Origin: an uncultured Lentisphaeria bacterium
Lineage (GTDB): Bacteria > Verrucomicrobiota > Lentisphaeria > JABSQK01 > JAJFLO01
Assembly: GCA_951812855.1 (NCBI GenBank)
Contig: OX638337.1
Span: forward strand, 600,001-632,000
Length of the DNA stretch: 32,000 nucleotides
Direction of reading: 5' to 3'
Shown here: in pieces, positions 8,967-16,777 of the stretch
Layout: every line of letters begins with the position of its first letter
Position numbering within the stretch: the first letter of the stretch is position 1
Program-made: the position numbers and the translations under genes
Notes under the pieces: generated by a model
Databases searched by the model: none
Seen by the model: only the letters and a program-made list of their open reading frames with translations
What the model was told of the DNA's origin: nothing

Positions 8967-10175
8967 ATGATAGATACCAGCTTAAACCACCCCGAATTAC
9001 CAGGAAATTCCCCTTTTATATTATTAGATAACAGTCTGGGCAATACAGAAGAAAAACTATCGTATTTATTTATGGAACCTGTTGAGATTTTGATTTGTGA
9101 ATCTCCTGAAAAAATTGGAGACTGCCTGGATAAAATAGCAGAGGGTGTTAAATCTGGATTATACGCTGCGGGATGGTTTAGCTATGAAACAGGTTACCAA
9201 CTTGAATCTAAATTATCCAATCTCATGCCTCCTGATAGAAAATACCCTCTGATCTGGTTTGGTTTATTTTCAAATTATTTGCCCTTAACAAACAACGAAG
9301 TCTCTGAATTGTTAGACGTGAATTCCATGAATGCACCGTCAGCATTCCAAATCAAAAACTTATCACCAAACATCTGTAAATCAGACTATATTCAATCTGT
9401 CAGAAAATTAAAACAATACTTAAAAAATGGTGATACTTATCAAGTGAATTATACGTTTAAGTATAAATTCGAGTTCAGGGGAAATGCATTTCAGCTATAC
9501 AAAAAATTGCGTGGAAATCAAAAATGTGAGTTTGGAGCGTTGCTTCGGACTGAAAATGAAATGATAATGTCACTATCCCCGGAATTATTTGTGCGAAAGG
9601 ACTCAGACTCCTTAATATGCAAACCAATGAAAGGAACAATAAAGCGAGGTCGATCAGAAAAAGAAGATGAAACACTGGCTCATCATTTACAAAACGATCC
9701 GAAATCTATCGCTGAAAACATGATCATCGTCGACTTGTTACGAAATGATTTAGGAAAAGTTTCGGAAATTGGATCGGTAAAAGTATCTAATGTACTGGAA
9801 ATAGAGAAATATAAGACTTTATTTCAAATGACATCCACGATAGAAGGGAAAGCAGACAAAGATAAATCCATAATTGAGTATATTAAACACTTGTTTCCGT
9901 GCGGTTCAGTCACAGGAGCTCCCAAAATAAGGACAATGGAGATTATAAACGAAATAGAACTTGAACCTCGAGAAATTTATACGGGTTCCATTGGCTGTTT
10001 TTTTCCAGATAATTCTTTTTGTCTGAATGTTGCCATAAGAACGTTGATCATAACAAATGACAGCAAAGGGGAAATGGGAATAGGCAGTGCAATCGTGAAT
10101 GATTCAAATGTTGACGACGAATATCAGGAATGCTTATTGAAGGCTAAATTTTTGTTCCAGAGTAAAGATCAATAA
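8967..10175 (+). CDS. pabB: Aminodeoxychorismate synthase component I (chorismate-binding enzyme)
   Basis: GDTYQVNYTFKY, PMKGTIKRG, ENMIIVDLLRNDLG, FPCGSVTGAPKIRTMEII and REIYTGSIGCF are present. The PxKGT lysine context favours PabB over TrpE. No pabC or pabA is adjacent. Confidence 0.8.
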   Translation: MIDTSLNHPELPGNSPFILLDNSLGNTEEKLSYLFMEPVEILICESPEKIGDCLDKIAEGVKSGLYAAGWFSYETGYQLESKLSNLMPPDRKYPLIWFGLFSNYLPLTNNEVSELLDVNSMNAPSAFQIKNLSPNICKSDYIQSVRKLKQYLKNGDTYQVNYTFKYKFEFRGNAFQLYKKLRGNQKCEFGALLRTENEMIMSLSPELFVRKDSDSLICKPMKGTIKRGRSEKEDETLAHHLQNDPKSIAENMIIVDLLRNDLGKVSEIGSVKVSNVLEIEKYKTLFQMTSTIEGKADKDKSIIEYIKHLFPCGSVTGAPKIRTMEIINEIELEPREIYTGSIGCFFPDNSFCLNVAIRTLIITNDSKGEMGIGSAIVNDSNVDDEYQECLLKAKFLFQSKDQ

Positions 10176-10186
10176 TATTTCTATTC

Positions 10187-10476
10187 TTGTTTTACAACTC
10201 AGTTGGAATGAAACAGCACCTCATCAAATTCAGAATGCTGATTCTATCGATTCCGGAAACAACCGTGATCGATGGTTATAAACTGACTCAAAAGCAGCAG
10301 CCATTGTTTCAAACGGTTATTCCAATAAACCTATCATGTCAGATTATAAAAAATCTGGATTCAAAGATGTTATTGCAAAACCCTATAACATTTCTACGAC
10401 AGGACAGGTAATCAATCCTGTTATGAAACGGAAAAACAAACAACAAACATTATACGATAACATCGTCATTAACTGA
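10187..10476 (+). pseudogene. Response-regulator receiver-domain relic (frameshifted, N-terminally truncated)
   Basis: Frame A reads ...FRMLILSIPETTVIDGYKLTQK, resembling the DxxMPxMdG region with the acceptor Asp position now Ser. Frame B (10282-10476) reads AAAIVSNGYSNKPIMSDYKKSGFKDVIAKPYNISTTGQVI, the typical C-terminal receiver segment. The ORF-track peptide 10187..10411 is a chimera of this decay. Confidence 0.5.
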
Positions 10477-10542
10477 TTATTGATATTCTCTTGAATAGTC
10501 TGTATGCGAATCAATCATTGCTTATAAAAGCGTTACCCTGCC

Positions 10543-11748
10543 CTACAACAGATTTTTGAATATTTCAATTCCGCCAACCCAGGTTCCGATAAAACTGCCA
10601 AAGCCGGGAAGAAGAAACGCCAAAAATATCCTTAGCAGTCGATTTCGCCACCACTGTATGATCTTACTGATATCGGATGCCACGTTTTGAACTTCCCTTA
10701 CACGTGGTGGACATAACCAGGCTTGAATAAACGCTGTGACATATCCAGCACCAATGACTGGTGTTAAACTCGTAAATGGAGCAGCAATAAAAGCAGTTAA
10801 TATCGTGATTGGGTGAGCAAACGCTGCCAACGCACCGACAGCACTGGGAATGCCGTTGGCTAATATCCAAAACAATAAATTTTCACCGGCGATTTCTGGA
10901 CCGCTGCTATATCCAATCCAGAAAATTGACCCGATAATAAATAATGGAACAGCCCATCCGATATACTTCCAGACAGGTGATGACGGTGGAACTTCTTCGA
11001 TGTCCTCAATTTTGATTTTCCGATTTAATTTGAGAGACTCAAGAATTCCCTGTACATGCCCGGCACCAACAACAGCAACAATGCGATTTCCAGTTGTAGT
11101 GCGTATTTTTTCAGCAAGATAGTCATCACGTTCATCAATTAATACATGTTTGACCTCAGGTAAAACCGTACCGATTTCCTTTAACATCTCTGAAAGAACA
11201 TCCTGGTCACGCAACTCTCCGAGTTGATCTTCTGAAATATCAGTCTGATCAAATAAACTTGCTATGACAGATGAAATTATCATTGACTTCTTAAAAAATG
11301 GTGTCGATGCCCATGCACGTCTAAGCGTAATCCTGGCATCACGGTCACACAACGCTGTCTTGATCGATTCTTCATCGGAAACCCTGGCGGCTTCGACCAT
11401 TTCCATACCGGGCAAAACGCCTGTTTTATCGCCAAGACGCTTTTGAAACGATGCCAGCATAATCTGGATAATAAGTGTACTTAGCTGCTTTTCCCGAATA
11501 ATATGTTTTAAATCCAGATTTTCCCAATTTTGAGGTTTAATCAAAGATCGATATCGCCTCTCATCTAATTCCAGACAAACACAGTCCGGCCTTTCTTTTC
11601 TAATCGTATCTCGAACCAAATCTACCGATTTTTTCGAGATATGTGCAGTTCCAATAATGATGTATTCTTTATCGTCCATGGCCAATCGAAAAACATCCCT
11701 GTCATCCGAATCATTGCCATTCATATAATCTTCTTCTGTATCATTCAT
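10543..11748 (-). CDS. TraB/PrgY-family protein with a C-terminal membrane domain
   Basis: IIIGTAHISKKSVDLVRDTIRKERPDCVCLELDERRY and VVGAGHVQGI are TraB-family hallmarks. The C-terminal ~140 aa is strongly hydrophobic. Confidence 0.85.
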   Translation of the reverse strand: MNDTEEDYMNGNDSDDRDVFRLAMDDKEYIIIGTAHISKKSVDLVRDTIRKERPDCVCLELDERRYRSLIKPQNWENLDLKHIIREKQLSTLIIQIMLASFQKRLGDKTGVLPGMEMVEAARVSDEESIKTALCDRDARITLRRAWASTPFFKKSMIISSVIASLFDQTDISEDQLGELRDQDVLSEMLKEIGTVLPEVKHVLIDERDDYLAEKIRTTTGNRIVAVVGAGHVQGILESLKLNRKIKIEDIEEVPPSSPVWKYIGWAVPLFIIGSIFWIGYSSGPEIAGENLLFWILANGIPSAVGALAAFAHPITILTAFIAAPFTSLTPVIGAGYVTAFIQAWLCPPRVREVQNVASDISKIIQWWRNRLLRIFLAFLLPGFGSFIGTWVGGIEIFKNLL

Positions 11749-11763
11749 AATAAATTGAACATT

Positions 11764-11997
11764 TTATATTAATCGTTTTGCAATAAGTCTTGCACCGATA
11801 TGTTTTTTTTGAGACAGGTCCTGTCCAGCCAGGGTCTCTGTCAAACTGATGAATTTTAAATTTCCCCCCTCGATATCAGTATTACACTCTTTGCACCCTT
11901 TTTCACGAGTCCAGGTGAAAGTTAGAGCCGCTGAAATGCCATCGCCGGCAAAAACGATATTCTCCTCACTAACAGGTTGCTCAAGATCAAAAATCAA
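11764..11997 (-). CDS. Small hypothetical ORF upstream of traB-family gene (uncertain)
   Basis: It has a TTG start and lies 15 nt from the TraB start on the same strand. The frame stays open a further ~30 codons upstream without an ATG. I recognise no motif; it may be a relic or non-coding. Confidence 0.25.
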   Translation of the reverse strand: MIFDLEQPVSEENIVFAGDGISAALTFTWTREKGCKECNTDIEGGNLKFISLTETLAGQDLSQKKHIGARLIAKRLI

Positions 11998-12353
11998 ATA
12001 TATGAGATACTTGACGATTGTTACCGTATAAGCCGGTAACCCATTTAGGCAACATAAGCCGACACCCGGAGAAGTGAAATTACAGCAAGAAAATTACACC
12101 CCCTCAAATTAACGTTCAACAATATTGGGATAAATTTAAACAAGCCCGATAACCTCTCCATATTCAGCCTGATTTAAACCCGCAATCATCTAAATTGACC
12201 GGTCATGTATTTTCTATCATAATTTAGGAAAAAAGTATAGGATAGATTGGATAAAACGTATAATATAACAGATTGCAGAATCTTTAATATAGCTTTGTGC
12301 CAGCAATATCATGAGTCCAATTAAGCTGAAACCAGATAAGTTAATAAACAGAT

Positions 12354-14759
12354 ATGGATAAAAAAACCAACGATTCAATCGAAGAGGACAGTCACAGTAA
12401 AAATTCATCTCAATTTTTAGGATCGTTGATTCTAAAAACTTTTACATGTACACTATCGATTCTGGTGTTACTGGCTTTGATTTCATACGATCCGGAAGAC
12501 ACTCACTTCATCCATGGTGGATTAGGTGAGTATACCGTCGTAAAAAACTGGATTGGATTATTTGGTGCTCATGTGTCATATCAGCTAATAGCCTGGTTAG
12601 GATTCGCAGCCCATATAGGTCTTTTTCTAATTCTCGGATGTACTGTTAATCGAATAACAAACAAAGACGTAAAACCAATCACAAATGTTTACATTGCAGG
12701 CATAGTAGTTGTGATATGGGGCACCTCTATGTTATTGGGAGTTTTTCCTGATTTTCTTTCTTCCGTATCTAAACATCTAAATATTGCCCAAACCCCGGGT
12801 GGTGTTATTGGACAGCGTTTCTGTGCCCCGATTTCGACAAGCGAATCAAGTGGTTGGCTGACATGGGTCGTAAATACACCCGGGAGTATCATCATATCAT
12901 TGTGCCTCATCGCAGTCGGTTTGAGAACAATCTGGTACTTTGACTGGGAATCCAAAGCAGGAATATGGTGGAAATCCTTTATATTAAAATTAAGAGAACG
13001 AAAATTAAATCCTAAACCCGATTCAGAAAAAAAAGAGAAAAAGAAAACATATTTTTCAAAAAAAGAGCCTGACAATACACAATCCAGTGACATGGAAGAA
13101 GTTAAAACAGAATCAAAATTTATCATTCCTGATCCGGAAGAATTTAATACCCATCTTGACAATCAGGAAACAGATAAAAGAGCGTCTAAATCAAAACCGG
13201 ATCGGTCAAATTTTCCAAAGACGAAATATAAACTGCCACCACTTACATTGTTAAAGGAGGCTCCGAGTCATTCTACAACAATGAATCCGGCAGAAGTTGA
13301 AGCTAAAAAAGAAGTTTTGCAGGAAACACTGGATAGTTTCAGCATTGATGCAACGGTAGGCGAATCAACATCAGGTCCACGAGTAACGCTCTACGAAATC
13401 AAACCGGCGCCTGGCGTGAAAGTTGAACGTATAAGCAGTTTGTCAAATAACATCACAATGAGCTTAAAAGCTGAGAGTTTGCGAATACTGACTCCAATCC
13501 CTGGTAAAGATACGGTGGGAATAGAAGTACCAAATTCGTCATCATCAGCGGTTTACCTCAAAGATTTATTTGAGAGTAAATCGTGGAAGAATTCAGGAGA
13601 TGTCATACCACTGGCTATTGGGAAAAAAATTAACGGAAAACCGGCAATCCTTGACCTGGCAAAGGCACCGCATTTACTCATCGCCGGTGCAACAGGAAGT
13701 GGAAAATCTGTTTGTATGAACACGATCATATTGAGTATGCTCTACAAATTTTCGCCTGATCAATTGAAATTGATCATGGTTGACCCAAAGGTCGTCGAAT
13801 TCAGCGGCTATAACCCACTGCCCCATTTACTCACACCCGTTATTACACAAGTAAAAAAGGTACCTGCAGTACTGCGCTGGGTTCTAAACCAAATGGAATG
13901 GCGCTATGATGTACACTCAAGGGTTGGTGTTCGAAATATTGCAGCGTTTAATGAAAAAAAGCGTGACCGGGAAATTCTCGATGATGAAGGTGAGCCAATT
14001 CCTGAAAAATTACCCTATATCGTTGTTATTATAGATGAATTAGCAGATATAATGATGACAGCAAAAGCCGATGTTGAAACATCATTGGCCAGAATTGCAC
14101 AACTGGCTCGTGCTGTCGGGATTCATGTTATTGTCGCGACACAGCGGCCAAGCGTAAACGTTATTACCGGAATAATCAAAGCAAATTTCCCTACCCGTAT
14201 CGCCTTTCAGGTCACATCGGTTGTTGATTCCAGAACAATTCTTGACGGTAAAGGAGCGGAATCGCTTCTGGGCCGGGGTGATGCATTATTCAAACCGCCC
14301 GGCGGTTCTAAGCTTGAGCGAACTCAGGGAGCAATGACCGATGATGAGGATATTGAAAAAGTAGTATCACATGTCGCAGAACAGGCAGAAGCGGAATTTA
14401 TTGACACTATTTTATCTTTTGGAACTCCTAAAAAATCGGATGCAGTTGATCACGCAGCCAGTGAACCTAAAGTCCCCCTTCCCTCTTCAGCAGCCGGAGA
14501 GGCAGCTGACGCTAAAGACGGTGATGAAGAACTAATCCAAAATGCAATCGCAATCATACTTAGAGACAGAAGAGCAACAACCAGTCATGTCCAACGTCGA
14601 TTAAGAATCGGGTATAATCGTGCGGCCCTGATAATAGAACAACTTGAACAGCGGGGTATTATTGGCCCTCAAATTGGAACTGCACCCCGACAGATTCTGC
14701 TTGAAGATAACCAAGAATCAGTCAATGATACAGATCCAAAAGATCAATCAGATGGTTAA
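12354..14759 (+). CDS. ftsK: DNA translocase FtsK
   Basis: It has N-terminal TM segments, a charged linker, Walker A GATGSGKS, Walker B VVIIDELAD, and a C-terminal gamma winged-helix segment (TSHVQRRLRIGYNRAALIIEQLEQRGIIGP). Confidence 0.95.
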   Translation: MDKKTNDSIEEDSHSKNSSQFLGSLILKTFTCTLSILVLLALISYDPEDTHFIHGGLGEYTVVKNWIGLFGAHVSYQLIAWLGFAAHIGLFLILGCTVNRITNKDVKPITNVYIAGIVVVIWGTSMLLGVFPDFLSSVSKHLNIAQTPGGVIGQRFCAPISTSESSGWLTWVVNTPGSIIISLCLIAVGLRTIWYFDWESKAGIWWKSFILKLRERKLNPKPDSEKKEKKKTYFSKKEPDNTQSSDMEEVKTESKFIIPDPEEFNTHLDNQETDKRASKSKPDRSNFPKTKYKLPPLTLLKEAPSHSTTMNPAEVEAKKEVLQETLDSFSIDATVGESTSGPRVTLYEIKPAPGVKVERISSLSNNITMSLKAESLRILTPIPGKDTVGIEVPNSSSSAVYLKDLFESKSWKNSGDVIPLAIGKKINGKPAILDLAKAPHLLIAGATGSGKSVCMNTIILSMLYKFSPDQLKLIMVDPKVVEFSGYNPLPHLLTPVITQVKKVPAVLRWVLNQMEWRYDVHSRVGVRNIAAFNEKKRDREILDDEGEPIPEKLPYIVVIIDELADIMMTAKADVETSLARIAQLARAVGIHVIVATQRPSVNVITGIIKANFPTRIAFQVTSVVDSRTILDGKGAESLLGRGDALFKPPGGSKLERTQGAMTDDEDIEKVVSHVAEQAEAEFIDTILSFGTPKKSDAVDHAASEPKVPLPSSAAGEAADAKDGDEELIQNAIAIILRDRRATTSHVQRRLRIGYNRAALIIEQLEQRGIIGPQIGTAPRQILLEDNQESVNDTDPKDQSDG

Positions 14760-14827
14760 ACTATGAACATCCAGGCGGATGAGAGTAGTCCACATGGCCT
14801 AAGAATAAATTAATTATTGATAAAATC

Positions 14828-15700
14828 ATGGCAAAAGACGACCGGCAATCCAAATCTAAATTTGTGCAATCAGAATTATTTACCGATGATAAAACCCCGG
14901 ATAACGAGACGCTCTTAAATGATCAATTAGAGTCGGCAAACGACGTTGATGAGGTTCAAAACTCACGTAATTCCAGTCAGGAACATTTAAAAAATTTGGA
15001 TATCACTCAGGAGAGTAATGAGAATGATGATGATGATGAAACAGAAGAACTTATAGATCAGGACACGACATCTAATAACATTGTCATCTCAATCAAATCC
15101 GACGGAGAATCATCGATAGGCGAAAAACTCAAGAGTACAAGAATAAATCAAAACCGAACCATTAGCGATATTGCACAGGCCACCCGGATACGAAATGATT
15201 TTATCGAGTGTATTGAAGAAAATGAATTTTCTAAATTGCCCACTGCTGCTATTTTTACAAAATCATTTATCAAATCCCTTTGCAGGGAATACAATTTGGA
15301 TTCAGACGATATTGTTTCAGAATTCGAAAAAATAGTTAACCATTCGGATGCCATCAATATCAACTCAGCACCGGACAGTTCACATCAAAAGAACATTGCC
15401 TCACTACATGAAACCGACACAACGGTGTTACGTAAACGCACCTCACTGAAATTTGCCTGGATTATAACGCTCCTCATTTTTTGTATTGCAATCATTACAC
15501 TTACATATGTAGTAAAAAGCAGGAAATCGGTCAATACCCCGGAAATTTTACACTTAAATACGAATACAAAATTTATATCTGAAGAAACATTGGAACAGTT
15601 TCTCGTGCCCGAGCAGCTGGAACTGGACGAATTAGAAATTCAGAACATATCCGGTAATGGAGAGAAAAAAACTACGGGAGAAAAATCACATCAGGACTAA
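14828..15700 (+). CDS. rodZ: RodZ-like HTH membrane protein with a long acidic N-terminal extension
   Basis: An XRE/RodZ-type HTH (IGEKLKSTRINQNRTISDIAQATRIRNDFIECIEENEFSKLP...TKSFIKSLCREYNLD) is followed by one TM segment (FAWIITLLIFCIAIITLTYVV). About 95 D/E/N/Q-rich residues precede the HTH, and the periplasmic tail is short. Confidence 0.7.
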   Translation: MAKDDRQSKSKFVQSELFTDDKTPDNETLLNDQLESANDVDEVQNSRNSSQEHLKNLDITQESNENDDDDETEELIDQDTTSNNIVISIKSDGESSIGEKLKSTRINQNRTISDIAQATRIRNDFIECIEENEFSKLPTAAIFTKSFIKSLCREYNLDSDDIVSEFEKIVNHSDAININSAPDSSHQKNIASLHETDTTVLRKRTSLKFAWIITLLIFCIAIITLTYVVKSRKSVNTPEILHLNTNTKFISEETLEQFLVPEQLELDELEIQNISGNGEKKTTGEKSHQD

Positions 15701-15704
15701 CAGA

Positions 15705-16185
15705 TTACACTTTATCTGTGTTCACCATAATAGTGACTATTTTAGAAGACCAAAAACGAAGAAACGTTAATATTGAAAAAAAAATCCTGAAAATACGAAG
15801 TACACGTAATATTCGGATCACCACAAGATAATGTGAACCGGGTACAAAAAAACTCAAATACGTTGGCAGAATAGCTGATAAATCAATAATTCCCAAAAAA
15901 CTGAATGCATACTTAGCGGGTTTACCAACACTGAGTAATCTCAATATATACTCCAGTGTAAAAAGAACCGTGAAACCCCATTCCAATATATAAAATAAAG
16001 ACCCATACTGCAATCTGACAGACAGACTCAATACTGTCAAGCATTACAACGCCAACACTCAAGAGAATACAGATGATCAATAATTCATCAAATAGTTTTC
16101 CGGATCGAGTTTCAGCCTCGAATATTATTTCATGAATAAACCGCTGCCATGGTTTAAGAGATTGATTTCGTTGTTTATTATCCAT
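15705..16185 (-). pseudogene. Voltage-gated ion-transport (Kv-like) channel relic: S1-S4 only, frameshifted, pore deleted
   Basis: ORFs 15922..16185 and 15705..16040 together read [39 protein letters not shown] | [29 protein letters not shown]...[15 protein letters not shown]...[15 protein letters not shown] (S4 Arg repeat). The frame changes near 16000-16030. The ORF ends 5 nt from the convergent rodZ stop with no S5-P-S6. A 9-nt A/T run lies at 15776-15784. Confidence 0.75.
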
Positions 16186-16223
16186 GATCAGAAAGTCTGG
16201 GATTAATATTATTCCCTAATGAT

Positions 16224-16773
16224 TCACGGCACTGCCAATAATTTATCTGCCAATTCATCTGAAATACCAGGATAACCCAATTCATAAACGAGTTTAAGGG
16301 AAAAGTCAATTGCAGCACCCGGCCCTTTTCCAGTTACAATGTTTCCATCAACCATAACCATGTTCCCGGTACAATTTGCACTGCCCGGTTTGCTTTCAAA
16401 AGAGGGATAACATGTTACCTGTTTATCTGATATAATTCCAGCAGAATTCAAGGCTGTGGACACAGCACATATTGTACCGATACACTGCGTTTGTCTGTTT
16501 AAATCTTGCAGAAGCTCGATAACATCGGAATTTTTTGCTGAATTTTCCGATCCCGCCATCCCTCCAGGTAAAATGACAGCATCCAGACTGTCTGCACTGA
16601 TCTCCTAAATGATTGTGTCCATGCCAACACAAATTTTATGGGAACCGGAAACACGGGTATCGGAAACACCAATCATTATGACATTAATCTCAGCCCGCCG
16701 TAAAACATCGACGATCGTATATCGCCTCAATTTCTTCAAACCCATCCGTGAATAAAACCCCGACAGTTTTCAT
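16224..16773 (-). pseudogene. DJ-1/PfpI (ThiJ) family protein, disrupted by a frameshift and an in-frame TAG
   Basis: From the ATG at 16773 the sequence reads MKTVGVLFTDGFEEIEAI. The frame slips at ~16718-16722, then continues TIVDVLRRAEINVIIMIGVSD...MDTII, hits TAG at 16605-16607, and continues EISADSLDAVILPGGMAGSEN...GTICAVSTAL...VVDGNIVTGKGPGAAIDFSL. The nucleophile-elbow Cys is still present. Confidence 0.8.
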
Positions 16774-16777
16774 GTCA

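Noticed and set aside
12032-12353. The long (~320 nt) leader upstream of ftsK, examined for a riboswitch, small RNA or gene relic.
   Set aside because: I could not recognise any conserved riboswitch core, stable extended hairpin or readable protein motif in any frame. Only very short ORFs are present. I leave it unannotated rather than guess.
15776-15784. Transcriptional slippage at the 9-nt A/T run rescuing the channel gene, as described for poly(A) tracts in some endosymbionts.
   Set aside because: The pore-forming half of the gene is physically absent and a second frameshift lies upstream, so slippage could not restore a functional channel.
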